DNA of 64,000 nucleotides from an uncultured Gammaproteobacteria bacterium (GCA_964483115.1 CAYZZF010000003.1:2772-66771), one strand, 5' to 3'; numbered from the stretch's first letter, positions 53,069-63,255 are shown. The notes: generated by a model from the sequence alone, not told the origin. Numbers and translations: made by a program.

Positions 53069-53896
53069 TTATCCTGTCCACGAGGTAAATAAAATTAACG
53101 AAATAAGTACAATGCTACCTACCCAAATATATTCCCACATTATACTTTTAAAGAGCCTCTTCTCAAGCCAAGTCTGACAGAGCCCAACTATAATATAAAA
53201 TACCCCTGTTAGAAAAATAGCAAGAATAGTTGGGGTACTTGGCCAAAACCATAAAATAGCCGCAACCTCAAGAAGGCATAATGATAAACCCGACACCCAA
53301 TCGATCTTTGAAAATATTTTTTTCTCAAGTGTGTATGTCCAAATTGCATAAAGAACAAGAGGAAAAGAAAAAACAAAAAATAAAACCAGAAACAAAAATA
53401 TATTAAGGTGTAATGAGAAAAGGACGTTTAAGAGAAAAAAGTATGATAAAAGTGTAATCACAAATGAGACAGTTCTAGCAGAGGACAAAAGTGCGATTGT
53501 GCGAATTGAAGAAACTGTAAAAATATTCTCACTTAAAAAGAGTGAATAAAGACCTATAGCATATAAAGAAGTCGTAATAATTCTTGTAATAAGTCGGGCT
53601 GGAACCAAGAAATAAAATAATCCGAAAGATAAACTTGAAAAAAAGGGTAAAATAAAAACCTGGTAGTAAAAATTTTCTTCAAGATCTTTGTATAAAGCCA
53701 AAAACAAAAATATATCAGTTAAAATTGCAAGCGTAAAAGCAATGTAGATTCCGGTTTTTCCCAATAAATATTGCGAGGTGAATAAACCGACAGATAAAAT
53801 TACAACACCTATTATAAAACGCTGTCTTTTTGTCAAAGAGGATAGTATTGTTAAAAATTTTTTCCTTTGTAATCGTGATTTTCTTTTTAAACTCAT
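53069..53896 (-). CDS. Conserved polytopic membrane protein
   Basis: About 9-10 hydrophobic segments; RTIALL..AR motif. Confidence 0.8.
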   Translation of the reverse strand: MSLKRKSRLQRKKFLTILSSLTKRQRFIIGVVILSVGLFTSQYLLGKTGIYIAFTLAILTDIFLFLALYKDLEENFYYQVFILPFFSSLSFGLFYFLVPARLITRIITTSLYAIGLYSLFLSENIFTVSSIRTIALLSSARTVSFVITLLSYFFLLNVLFSLHLNIFLFLVLFFVFSFPLVLYAIWTYTLEKKIFSKIDWVSGLSLCLLEVAAILWFWPSTPTILAIFLTGVFYIIVGLCQTWLEKRLFKSIMWEYIWVGSIVLISLILFTSWTG

Positions 53897-53929
53897 AAAA
53901 TCTACTTATATTGTATAAATTTCTTATAC

Positions 53930-54682
53930 CTATTTTAGAGAATCCAATAGATTATCCTGTATATCAAAATTCGCATAGACACGGATAACATCATCTAGTT
54001 CGTCTAGTTTATCGATCAGGGCAAGTACTTTCTTTGCAGTCTCAGAATCTTCCACTTTAACTATTGTCATTGGAGTTTTATAAAGCTCTGCGCTTTGAAT
54101 TTTTAAACCTTTTTCTATTAAAAAATTTTTAACTTTATATAATTCGTCAGGTTTTGTATAAACTTCTACCAATCCATCTGATTCTTTAACATCTTCAGCC
54201 CCGCTATCAACGCTTGTTTCGAAAACTTCATCAAAGCTTTTGCCGTCTTTGGCAACAACTATCAAACCCTTGTCTTCAAACATCCAAGATACAGACCCAA
54301 CAGCTGTAAAAGTCCCTCCATTTCTTTCAATTATACCTTTTACTTCAGAAGTTGTACGGTTCCTGCTGTCAGTTATTGCTCGAACAATTATCGCAACACC
54401 CCCGGGAGCAAATCCTTCATAAGTCACTTCCTCTAACTCTCCCACCTCTTTTCTGACTGCCCGCTGAATTGCTCGCTGGATGTTTTCTTTTGGCATATTC
54501 GCCGCTTTTGCAGCGTCAACTGCAAGCCGCAGTCTAAAATTCTGATTTACCTCCCCTATTCCCCCACTCTGCCTTACTGCAATAGCTATAGCATTGGCAA
54601 GTTTTGTAAAAACAACACCTCTTTTAATATCTGCTTTTTCTTTTTGTCTTTTAATTTGTGCCCATTTAGAATGTCCAGACAT
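53930..54682 (-). CDS. yebC: YebC/PmpR family protein
   Basis: MSGHSKWAQIK, NMPKENI.RAI, YEG..PGG, LDDV..VYAN. Confidence 0.96.
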   Translation of the reverse strand: MSGHSKWAQIKRQKEKADIKRGVVFTKLANAIAIAVRQSGGIGEVNQNFRLRLAVDAAKAANMPKENIQRAIQRAVRKEVGELEEVTYEGFAPGGVAIIVRAITDSRNRTTSEVKGIIERNGGTFTAVGSVSWMFEDKGLIVVAKDGKSFDEVFETSVDSGAEDVKESDGLVEVYTKPDELYKVKNFLIEKGLKIQSAELYKTPMTIVKVEDSETAKKVLALIDKLDELDDVIRVYANFDIQDNLLDSLK

Positions 54683-54794
54683 ATTAAACTCGTTAACCAG
54701 TTAACGCGCTAACGTGTTAACAATTATACGTTTCTATCTTGACTTTTGCAATAAATTGGAGTAGAATTTTTGAAAATTTTAAAAACAATTTTTA

Positions 54795-55517
54795 ATGACA
54801 TCGCTTAAAGACCAAGCTATTTACACTGCACTCAACGGAGAATGGGGAAAGGCAATATCCTTAAATAAATCCCTCATTAAAGAAAACCCCGAAGATGTCA
54901 ACGCTCTTAACCGCCTGGCATTTGCTTTAAGCATTCTGGGTAAGACAAAAGATGCAAAATCTACATATCAAAAAGTTTTAAAAATAGATTCCCTTAACCC
55001 ACTTGCTCTAAGAAACTTAAAGCAAATCTCAAAGGGTAAAAAATTTAAAAATAGCGTAAGAAGGGATGCAGTATGTACTCAGGTTAACAATACTTTTCTT
55101 GAAGAGTCAGGAAAAACTAAAGTTGTAGGGCTCGTAAATATTGCTCAACCGCAGATTATCAATAGCCTTTGTGCCGGCCAATTACTTACCCTCTCTGTAA
55201 AAAGACTGAAGATATTTTTACTAACAGAGCAAACCCAATATATAGGGATGCTACCTGATAATATCGGTAAAAGGCTCATTAAGTTTTTAAAAGCTGGGAA
55301 TGAATACCAAGCTTTTGTAAAATCAGCCTCTGATCGCCATCTTAGTGTTTTTATAAAAGAGGTGAAGAGGATATCTCGATTCAAAGACCAGCCCTCGTTT
55401 GTATTGGGAGAGACCAAGGGACTTAGACTTGACAAAAAAATAAACTATCGGTATGCAAACAGCGGCAAACGCGAAGAAGATAATTATGACGGGGATGATG
55501 AAGATGAAGAAGACTGA
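54795..55517 (+). CDS. TPR-containing protein with acidic tail
   Basis: W..AI..N......P.D..ALNRL...Y.KVL.ID..N..A..NL; FLEE.GKTK. Confidence 0.85.
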   Translation: MTSLKDQAIYTALNGEWGKAISLNKSLIKENPEDVNALNRLAFALSILGKTKDAKSTYQKVLKIDSLNPLALRNLKQISKGKKFKNSVRRDAVCTQVNNTFLEESGKTKVVGLVNIAQPQIINSLCAGQLLTLSVKRLKIFLLTEQTQYIGMLPDNIGKRLIKFLKAGNEYQAFVKSASDRHLSVFIKEVKRISRFKDQPSFVLGETKGLRLDKKINYRYANSGKREEDNYDGDDEDEED

Positions 55518-55657
55518 TCTTTTTGATAAAGCACTCTTCCCTTCAAAAGTTCTTTTGATGCCTTTTTAATTTCGGATTTATTGTTAAGATTTCTTAAAGA
55601 CAATAAAGATAATATAACTGATAATACTGCTATAATAATTATCGCCGCTATAAACAT
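55484..55657 (-). CDS. Small single-TM protein (57 aa)
   Basis: Hand translation MFIAAIIIIAVLSVILSLLSLRN...ELLKGRVLY...SSSS; begins 5 nt after the upstream gene's stop. Confidence 0.6.
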   Translation of the reverse strand: MFIAAIIIIAVLSVILSLLSLRNLNNKSEIKKASKELLKGRVLYQKDQSSSSSSSPS

Positions 55658-55662
55658 AACAT

Positions 55663-56475
55663 TTAATACCTGATACTTGTACCGTCTTCCCCAATTATAA
55701 TTATAACATCTCCTATAGATTTAGTTGTACCTTTTATTGTAGGAAATCCTAAAATTTCGGTCAGTCTTTCAAGAGTGTATGTTCTTTTATTTGAGTAATA
55801 AATCACGGATTTGCGCTTTGGATCTAGCGCTGTTGAAACAAGAACCACATTTCCTCCCATATTGGTGATAAGTCTTGCTATTCTATTCCCCAACCCGTAG
55901 ATATTGGTAGTATTAACTATCTGAACTCTTACATTTTCACCCAATATTGTGTCATCTGAAAAAAGAGAAGATGAAATTTTATCTCGGGCTACTTCATCCT
56001 CATTGACTGATAACCTCGTTTCATAAATATTAGAAGGCAACACATTTTTTGTAAACAATAAAAGTCTTAGAAGATCTACAATAGTAAGGTCTCCTCGGGT
56101 GTTTCTTGAACTAAAAAAAAGACTTGAAAGCAAAGATGACACGCCACTTTTAGTCGAGGCGAAAGAGTTCGAGACGACCTGTGCATCGATAGGGACTTCC
56201 AAAAGTCTATAAATATTTAAATTATTTGTCTCTCCCTCTAAGTTGAGTATTGATATTGAGCGAGAACTTGGTGAAAAAGATATAACTTGAACATCTTTTG
56301 AGGCAGCCGTTTTATTAAAAACCGCTATCGTAAAACGGTGATAATTATCAAAATGACTCTGGGCAATCACATTTATCAATTTAAAAATTAAGGACGAAAA
56401 AATTATAAAAAAAAATAAAACAAAAAAAATAACCGCAAGTTTTGTGTTGCTTGACTTGCCTTTTTTCCTTCTCAT
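55663..56475 (-). CDS. LytR C-terminal domain-containing membrane protein
   Basis: N-terminal TM; VQIVNTT...GLG.R.AR, DVIIIIGED. Confidence 0.78.
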   Translation of the reverse strand: MRRKKGKSSNTKLAVIFFVLFFFIIFSSLIFKLINVIAQSHFDNYHRFTIAVFNKTAASKDVQVISFSPSSRSISILNLEGETNNLNIYRLLEVPIDAQVVSNSFASTKSGVSSLLSSLFFSSRNTRGDLTIVDLLRLLLFTKNVLPSNIYETRLSVNEDEVARDKISSSLFSDDTILGENVRVQIVNTTNIYGLGNRIARLITNMGGNVVLVSTALDPKRKSVIYYSNKRTYTLERLTEILGFPTIKGTTKSIGDVIIIIGEDGTSIRY

Positions 56476-56481
56476 ATTAAG

Positions 56482-56631
56482 TTATTCGTGCTTTTTCTTT
56501 TTTGGAATAATCTTAGGTAGAACAAGAGCTGAAGAAAAGACAGAATTGCCTTGAGGACTTGAAATATTTTTAGATACGACTTTTTTCTTCTTTTTCTTTT
56601 CTCCTTTATAATATCCGCCATAGCTCCCCAT
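56482..56631 (-). CDS. Small basic hypothetical protein
   Basis: SD-like GGAAGGGTG before MGSYGGYYKGEKKKKKK. Confidence 0.6.
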   Translation of the reverse strand: MGSYGGYYKGEKKKKKKVVSKNISSPQGNSVFSSALVLPKIIPKKKKHE

Positions 56632-56762
56632 AATATTCACCCCTTCCAATAAACTAGAATAATAAAAATATAGTATAGTAATTAGATACAAAAATCAAAC
56701 ATTCTATAAGTTATCAGATTAATTTTCCATACCATCTCGGGAATTATTCAAATATTTCAATC

Positions 56763-57548
56763 TTAATATTTCAACCTTAAAAGAAAATCACTAAGGTCTT
56801 TTGGGAGAGAAGATTTGATCTGTAAAGTTTTATTATTAACTGGATGGACAAAAGAGATTTCTGAGGCGTGGAGGAAAAGACGGGACAAAAGTTTTCTGTC
56901 CTTCCTTGCGACTTTTCGACCCGCATAAAGATTATCTGCAAAAACAGGATGGCCAAAATATTTAAGATGTACTCTTATCTGATGAGTTCTTCCCGTCTGC
57001 GGATATAGTTCGATCAAACTCAAAGCCTCTTTTTCCTCTCCTGATACATAATATTTAATATTTAATATTTTATACATTGTCGTCGCTTCTCTACCACCTG
57101 CAACAATCCCAAATCTCTTTCTATTCCAAGGTGTTCTTCCAACCGGCACATCTATTTCTCCTTTAGAAGGCGTAACTTTTCCATGAACCAAAGCGATATA
57201 AGTCTTTTTAACCTTCCTCTCTTTGAATTGTTTTTGAAGATTCAAAAAACAATCGAGGGTTTTGCCAATAAGAAGAACTCCCGAAGTCTCCTTATCAAGT
57301 CTATGAACAATCCCAGCCCTGCTGGTAAATTCTAAATCTAAAGCACCAAATTCCAATTTTTTTTTATCATTTGAATTTTGTAATTTATTTGTGATTTGTG
57401 ATTTGTGATTTGTGATTTCAAGATACTCTTCTACCCAGTCCTGTACTGTTTCCTCCTCTTTCGTGGTTTCCGAACGATTTACCGTAACCCCAGACGGTTT
57501 ATCTATAACCAAAAGGCATTCGTCCTCATATATTATTTTCATATCCAT
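56763..57548 (-). CDS. RluA-family pseudouridine synthase
   Basis: KPSG, GIVHRLDKETSG, TGRTHQIRVH, LFLHA. Confidence 0.96.
   Translation of the reverse strand: MDMKIIYEDECLLVIDKPSGVTVNRSETTKEEETVQDWVEEYLEITNHKSQITNKLQNSNDKKKLEFGALDLEFTSRAGIVHRLDKETSGVLLIGKTLDCFLNLQKQFKERKVKKTYIALVHGKVTPSKGEIDVPVGRTPWNRKRFGIVAGGREATTMYKILNIKYYVSGEEKEALSLIELYPQTGRTHQIRVHLKYFGHPVFADNLYAGRKVARKDRKLLSRLFLHASEISFVHPVNNKTLQIKSSLPKDLSDFLLRLKY
57327..57419 (-). repeat. In-frame copy of the heptamer palindromic element inside the RluA gene
   Basis: (AAATCAC)x4-AAATAAATTACA...GGAATTTGGTGCTTTAGATTTAGAATTT; ~93 bp. Confidence 0.8.
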
Positions 57549-58252
57549 AACTTGGGGCGGGACTTAATAATCCTAATAAGTTTTTCATGCTTTACAAGAA
57601 GAACAAGCGGAATTAAAAACATACCTAAAAATATAAGATTTTCAGGGTCTTTTAAAAATAAAAATCCTTTAAACTTATCTATGATACTAAAAATAATTGA
57701 TATCAAGGAAAGGGAGATCAGAAATAGAAGTCCAACTGTGCCATCCTTAAGTTTTCCTTTCTGAATAAGACCAAAAAGAAATTTAAAAAAAATGAAGAAT
57801 AATATAATATAAATAAAAATTAAGGCAATCGGAGAAGGCCTTAAAAGCTTTTCGCCAGATAACCAAAAGTAACCCAGTGTCCCTATTGGCAATGCGGCCA
57901 AAAATGAAATAGAGAAAAAGTCAAATATTCTACCCACTGGAATATTTTTAGTCTTTGAATAAATCAGCATAAATACGCTCGCGCCAAGTACTCCACCTCC
58001 AAGAGACAATCCTGGAAAATAAGGAAAAAGTATAAATACAAAAGGATTTTTGAGGATAGAAAGGTTGTAAAAAATTACATAGAAAAACCGTGCAAAGAAA
58101 ATACCAACTATGAAATCTATAAAACTTAGGTTGAATATTTTTTCTATCATTATATCTTTTTGCAAAAATACAAGGTCATCACGGGACAAAAAGTAAATAC
58201 AAAAAAGAAATATAAATAAACCCACCAAAAGAATGAGAATAAAAAAGTTCAT
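57539..58252 (-). CDS. Prolipoprotein diacylglyceryl transferase (Lgt)-like membrane protein
   Basis: GIFFARFFYV, GLSLGGG..G, D....G..G motifs; shortened. Confidence 0.7.
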   Translation of the reverse strand: MNFFILILLVGLFIFLFCIYFLSRDDLVFLQKDIMIEKIFNLSFIDFIVGIFFARFFYVIFYNLSILKNPFVFILFPYFPGLSLGGGVLGASVFMLIYSKTKNIPVGRIFDFFSISFLAALPIGTLGYFWLSGEKLLRPSPIALIFIYIILFFIFFKFLFGLIQKGKLKDGTVGLLFLISLSLISIIFSIIDKFKGFLFLKDPENLIFLGMFLIPLVLLVKHEKLIRIIKSRPKLWI

Positions 58253-58257
58253 AAGGT

Positions 58258-59544
58258 CTAGTTAAAAATTAAGAAAAGAAAACCCATAATAATCATAGCA
58301 ATACCAGAACCTATTATAACCGTTGTAAGTCCAAAAAGATCCGAAAGACCTCCTGCTATAATTACCGGAAAAAATGAAACAGCTCCAATTAAGGCGTTTA
58401 AAAAACCATATACTCTTCCCCTCATTAATTCATTTGTTTCCATCTGTATAGTCGTGTTAGAAGGTATAAATACAAGAGAGATCGCAAACCCTATAATAAC
58501 TGCTAAGACAATAACAATATTTAGAATTGTAATATTAAGTGAGTAAGGAAGATAGGAATTAATTGTTTTTATAAAATTGTCTGATGTAACTCTATTTCCA
58601 AACGTAAATAAAATAAAGACAAAGCCTGAAAGTATAAAACCTATACAGCTTAGTAATTTGCGATCAAATTTTTTCCCAATGCTTCCCAAAAGTACTGCCC
58701 CAAACCCCATTCCTATCGCCGCAGGGGCTATAATAATCCATGATAAGCTTTCTAATTGAATTTTTAAAATTGTTGTTGCGTAACCCGGAGCAATTACGGC
58801 AAATGTAAAAATTATAGCTTGAGCGATAGTTAACATAATCAAAGCATGCATAACTTTTCTAGCTTTTCTCATAAATATAAATATTTCCCGTGCTTCATGA
58901 GCCAGGGATGGGACAGTCTGCGATAACAAATCCGTATTTTTTCTTTTTTTAGGAAGAGTTATTAAGAGAATAAAAAAAGTGCTTAAGAAGAACAAAACTG
59001 AGAGGAAAAAAAATGTAGTTGTTCTGCCAAATAAAAGAATAATAGGACCTGAAAATATGTAGCCTAGAAGCATTGTCCCGTAAATACCCAATGAAAAAAC
59101 AGCATTTGCAGCAAGAAGAAGATTTTTTGGCACAAGACTTGGGATAATTGCTCCCTCTGCGGGTAGGAAAAACTGCGTAGTAACTGCAATCAAAAATGTC
59201 AGTGTATATATTAAACTTACATGAAGATTTCTAATTAAAAAAGGTAAAATAAGAAGACCGCGAATGAGATTTGTGTAAAACAGAACACTTTTTTTATTCC
59301 ATCTGTCCACATACATACCAGAGACTAAGCTAAAAAGAAGAGCCGGAATTGTAAATGAAAGAATAATTCCCGAAACCGCAGTATTTGATTTGGTAAGTTC
59401 GAAGACCACAAATATCAAAACGAAGTGCTGCATATTAAATGCGAGCTGGGAAAAAAATTCGGAAATCATCATAAAGGAAAACGAACGAATGCGAAGGGCG
59501 GCGAACATATCATTTGTGGTAATAGTTTTTTTGATGAAGCCCAT
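58258..59544 (-). CDS. MFS transporter
   Basis: 12 TM pattern; G.YVDRWNKK motif A; MRGRV.G. Confidence 0.92.
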   Translation of the reverse strand: MGFIKKTITTNDMFAALRIRSFSFMMISEFFSQLAFNMQHFVLIFVVFELTKSNTAVSGIILSFTIPALLFSLVSGMYVDRWNKKSVLFYTNLIRGLLILPFLIRNLHVSLIYTLTFLIAVTTQFFLPAEGAIIPSLVPKNLLLAANAVFSLGIYGTMLLGYIFSGPIILLFGRTTTFFFLSVLFFLSTFFILLITLPKKRKNTDLLSQTVPSLAHEAREIFIFMRKARKVMHALIMLTIAQAIIFTFAVIAPGYATTILKIQLESLSWIIIAPAAIGMGFGAVLLGSIGKKFDRKLLSCIGFILSGFVFILFTFGNRVTSDNFIKTINSYLPYSLNITILNIVIVLAVIIGFAISLVFIPSNTTIQMETNELMRGRVYGFLNALIGAVSFFPVIIAGGLSDLFGLTTVIIGSGIAMIIMGFLFLIFN

Positions 59545-59545
59545 T

Positions 59546-60100
59546 TTATACTTTCTCGCTGTACTCCCCAGTTCTTGTATCAAGACTTATGCTGTCTCCT
59601 ACTTTTATAAAAAGTGGCACTTTGGTTTTTATACCATTTTCTAAAACTGCGTCTTTGAAGACATTTGTTGCGCTGTTACCTTTTATAGATGCACCTGTTT
59701 CTATTACTTTAAATTTCATCTTAGGTGGCAGATCCAAAGACAAAGCTTCGTCCCCAAAAAAACTTATATTAAAATTTTCGCCCTCCTTTAGATATTCGTA
59801 ATATTGAAACTTAATAAGAGAAATAGAGATCTGCTCAAACGTCAAAGGGTTCATAAAATAAGCGTTCTGTCTATCTTTATAGAGAAACTGGAGTTCTTTT
59901 TTTTCAAGTCTTATATCATTAACTCTTGCCCCACTTATAAAACTTTTGTTTGTTAATGCACCATTTCGCAAATTTCTAACTTTGACTTTAATATTAGCAC
60001 TTCCCCGCCCCATCTTTATATGCTCATAGGAAAGGACCTGGAAAATTTGTCCCTCAGCTTCAAATGTTGCACCAGCTCTAAGTTCTGTTACAGAAACCAT
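59546..60100 (-). CDS. efp: Elongation factor P
   Basis: KMGRGSA loop, FLY.D, VPLFI..GD.I..DTRTGEY. Confidence 0.96.
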   Translation of the reverse strand: MVSVTELRAGATFEAEGQIFQVLSYEHIKMGRGSANIKVKVRNLRNGALTNKSFISGARVNDIRLEKKELQFLYKDRQNAYFMNPLTFEQISISLIKFQYYEYLKEGENFNISFFGDEALSLDLPPKMKFKVIETGASIKGNSATNVFKDAVLENGIKTKVPLFIKVGDSISLDTRTGEYSEKV

Positions 60101-60103
60101 AAT

Positions 60104-60228
60104 TTAAAAATTAAAACTCAAAGCTCAAAATGAAAAACTACAACGCCAATCGTAAATCTTTTAAAAATTTGTGAAGTTTTGAGATTCAAAGATGTAAATT
60201 TGACATTTGAGATTTAAGTTTTCAGATT
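60104..60228. repeat. Heptamer-built imperfect palindrome (AACTCAA / TTGAGAT type)
   Basis: AAATTAA AACTCAA AGCTCAA AATGAAA ... TTGACAT TTGAGAT TTAAGTT TTCAGAT; overlaps the stop of the adjacent gene. Confidence 0.55.
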
Positions 60229-61182
60229 CTTTATTCTCTTAACTCGTATTAATCCCGAACACGGAACTATTACTATCCCCTTCTTTTCCAATTGATCCAG
60301 AAATATATTTGCCCCAATTGAATCCGACGCCATATGTCCTGTATTAATAACATTAATATGAAGTTTTTTAATCTCCTGTAAAGCCTCTTCGGGAATATGC
60401 ATATCAATGACAGTACCAATTCCTGCTTTTGCCATTTCCACATAAAGTTCTTTAGATGGATTCGTACCTCCTGTAAATGAGATAAAAATTTTACCAGCCC
60501 TTGAGTTTTCAGAACCCGACAAAATCATAGGACCTGCTTTTCCTCTTCTTGCTTCTATAAATTCTGGAAGTTTATTTATTTCATCGACTATTTCCCCTAC
60601 TCTGTCAAATTTTTTCTTCGAAAGATAATCATTCATAAACTTGTTCCCAAGATTGTCCCAAATAGTATGGAGAGCAAGAAATGGAATATTTAAAAGTCTT
60701 GCTGCATCAATATCTTGTCCATGATTTCTTGGGTCTATTCTCCTTCTCACAGTGCCTTTCCTTTCTTCAAAAAGAGCATGTGCAACATTGGCGGGAATTC
60801 CTGCCTCTTCAAACATATCAACCTGGACATCCATTACCTCATGAAGACTTGCTAGTGCATAGCCTGTTGGATGATGAGAAATAAGAAGGTCTATTTTCTC
60901 TCCTTTTTGGTTTAATCTATCCAAAAGCAAAAGGTCCGCAACCCCGGCGTCAATTCCTGCCATAAGCTTTTTCACTTTTGCCTTAGGATCTCCGTACAAA
61001 ATTCTTGAGTCAGAATATGGATTTTTTAAAGATTCCTTATCAAAAAACTCTTTCTTTCCTGCTGGTAATTCTTCGTATTCTTTTCTAGTTTTTTCTAAAA
61101 ATTTTTTAACTCTGGCTACACCGCGGGGATCCGATTTTATGGCCATCTCAATTCCTAAATCGTAAATTTGTTGAAGTGTCAT
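60214..61182 (-). CDS. NIF3/NGG1p-interacting-like dinuclear metal protein
   Basis: NPYSDSRI, GID, ISHHP, HTIWDN, MH, GHMASDS.G. Confidence 0.85.
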   Translation of the reverse strand: MTLQQIYDLGIEMAIKSDPRGVARVKKFLEKTRKEYEELPAGKKEFFDKESLKNPYSDSRILYGDPKAKVKKLMAGIDAGVADLLLLDRLNQKGEKIDLLISHHPTGYALASLHEVMDVQVDMFEEAGIPANVAHALFEERKGTVRRRIDPRNHGQDIDAARLLNIPFLALHTIWDNLGNKFMNDYLSKKKFDRVGEIVDEINKLPEFIEARRGKAGPMILSGSENSRAGKIFISFTGGTNPSKELYVEMAKAGIGTVIDMHIPEEALQEIKKLHINVINTGHMASDSIGANIFLDQLEKKGIVIVPCSGLIRVKRIKNLKT

Positions 61183-61311
61183 AAAGGAAAGTATATAATA
61201 ATAAAGTTAAAAATGCAAAACAAATCACTAATCTGGAATTAGGAATCATGGTCGTTAAATCATAAGTTTTACCTAATTCTTGGTTCGTAATTCATGCTTC
61301 CAAAAAATGCT

Positions 61312-61394
61312 GGCGCGGTGGTGAAATGGTAGACACGCTGCTCTCAAAAAGCAGTGAAGGCAACTTCATGAGAGTTCGACTCTCTCCCGCGCCA
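61312..61394 (+). tRNA. tRNA-Leu (anticodon CAA)
   Basis: GGCGCGG/CCGCGCC acceptor, CTGCT-CTCAAAA-AGCAG anticodon arm, long variable arm, GAGAG-TTCGACT-CTCTC T arm. Confidence 0.95.
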
Positions 61395-61562
61395 CTAAAT
61401 GGGGGGCCCGCAAAGGTCTAATAAAGAATCTGCTCCGACCACAACACCGACAAATTTCCTCTGCAAAAAAGAGATTGGCCCAATTTCCATATTTTCTCTA
61501 GCAATCTTATATCACTCCAACTTCGACTTCCTTCGGAACTACCAAATAAAGGTTCTTTTTTT

Positions 61563-61778
61563 CTAGACGCCGATTTTGGCTGCAATTGTAGCCAATTTTT
61601 CCTCAATTCGCTCTAGAGCTGCTAAAATCTGCTCATGAGGTGGTCCCTCTGGCCCTCCTCCCATTAGCCCGCCTGTTGGTGGGGGCGGTGGGGGCGGCAT
61701 ACCTCCCATAGAAGGTGGGACGTCTCCTCCTGGCATCGTCGGCTCTCCTGGTTGATTTTGATTTAGCGGATCATCCAT
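61563..61778 (-). CDS. Small Pro/Gly-rich protein with C-terminal coiled coil
   Basis: SD AGGGGGTG; PPPPPPP; ILAALERIEEKL. Confidence 0.7.
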   Translation of the reverse strand: MDDPLNQNQPGEPTMPGGDVPPSMGGMPPPPPPPTGGLMGGGPEGPPHEQILAALERIEEKLATIAAKIGV

Positions 61779-61796
61779 TACTTATCACCCCCTTTA

Positions 61797-61929
61797 AAAA
61801 ATTCCAAATTAAAAATTTTAAATCCTAAATAAATTACATTTCTCAAAATATTAAAATATAAACCGTTTTGGATTTAGGTTTTGTGATTTTGATATTGTTT
61901 AGAATTTATAAATTAGTGCTTAGAATTTT
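61797..61929 (+). repeat. Heptamer palindromic element, copy 2
   Basis: AAATCCTAAATAAATTACATTT...GATATTGTTTAGAATTT...AGTGCTTAGAATTT. Confidence 0.75.
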
Positions 61930-61935
61930 ATCTTG

Positions 61936-63255
61936 TTATTCTTCGTGTTTTTTCTCTATATTATAAAATCTTATCCTATCTCCTCTGAAAAGTAAATCTA
62001 TTTCGCCAGTTGGTCCGTTTCTATGCTTGGCAATCAAAAGCTTTGTCGGTATTACATTACCAACTGCCTCTTCTGTTCTATATAAAAACATCACCACATC
62101 CGCATCCTGCTCTATTGCGCCACTTTCTCTAAGGTCTGCAAGTTGAGGTTTTTTCTCTCCTCTATGCTCGACCGCACGTGAGAGTTGAGAAACCGCAAGA
62201 ACAGGAATTTTAAGTTCTCTTGCCAAATTCTTAAGAGATTGCGAAATAACTGAAACTTCCTGGACTCTATTGTCATAATGTCTTCCCGGATCAACAAGCT
62301 GAAGATAATCAACAATAAGAAGCGCAATATTATGTTCAAGCTGAAGCCTTCGGGCTCTTGTTCTTATTTCTGAAACTGATGCTCCCGGTGTATCATCTAT
62401 AAAAATTGCCGCATCTGCCAAAAGCCCCATTGCCTCTGATAATTTTGGGAAATCTGATTCCGAAAGTCTGCCTGTTTTAAGTCTCCATGCATCCACATCC
62501 GCCTGACCTATCAAAAGCCTGTCAACCATTTCTTCTTGACTCATCTCTAAAGAGAATATTCCAACTGGCAATTTTTCTGAGACAGCGATAAACTGAGCTA
62601 TGTTTGCAACCATTGCTGTTTTACCCTGTCCAGGACGCGCTGCAAGTATAAGTAAATTTGAAGCCTGCATTCCAGACAAAGTGTTATCAACATCAACAAA
62701 TCCAGTCTTAATTCCTCTAAAACCTGCTCCTCTTTTATGCAACTCATCTATTCTATCAAAGCTTTCAGCCAACATCTCCTTAAGAGCAATAAATCCTCTT
62801 ATTCCATGCCCTTTGGATATAGAAAATATAGATGATTCAGCCTTGTCCAATAATTCATCTGCAGACTTCTCTTCTGTAAAACCCATTTCTGCAATTTGCC
62901 CACCTGCTGTGATAAGCGCCCTTTTTGTAGAGTCCTCTTTAATAATTTTTGTGTAATATTCTACGTTTGCTGCCGTTGGAACAGCATTTACAAGATCTGA
63001 TATATAAACAGGATCAACTGCATCTTTCTTCTTTTTCTTTTTAAGCTCTGAGGTTAAGGTTAAAATGTCAATAGGCTTTTGCTCCTCAAATAAAGAAAGC
63101 ATGACAGAATAAATAATTCCATTTACGTTGTTGTAGAAATCAGAAGATTTGATAATTTCAGAAACAATGCTTATCGCACTATTGTCGATAAGAATTGCTC
63201 CTAATATGCTCTGTTCTGCTTCTTCATTGTGAGGAGGGACTTTTACATTTGCCAT
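61936..63255 (-). CDS. dnaB: Replicative DNA helicase
   Basis: PPHN.EAE, AARPGQGKT, FSLEM, DYLQL, SQLSR, DLRESG.IEQDAD, KHRNG. Confidence 0.98.
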   Translation of the reverse strand: MANVKVPPHNEEAEQSILGAILIDNSAISIVSEIIKSSDFYNNVNGIIYSVMLSLFEEQKPIDILTLTSELKKKKKKDAVDPVYISDLVNAVPTAANVEYYTKIIKEDSTKRALITAGGQIAEMGFTEEKSADELLDKAESSIFSISKGHGIRGFIALKEMLAESFDRIDELHKRGAGFRGIKTGFVDVDNTLSGMQASNLLILAARPGQGKTAMVANIAQFIAVSEKLPVGIFSLEMSQEEMVDRLLIGQADVDAWRLKTGRLSESDFPKLSEAMGLLADAAIFIDDTPGASVSEIRTRARRLQLEHNIALLIVDYLQLVDPGRHYDNRVQEVSVISQSLKNLARELKIPVLAVSQLSRAVEHRGEKKPQLADLRESGAIEQDADVVMFLYRTEEAVGNVIPTKLLIAKHRNGPTGEIDLLFRGDRIRFYNIEKKHEE

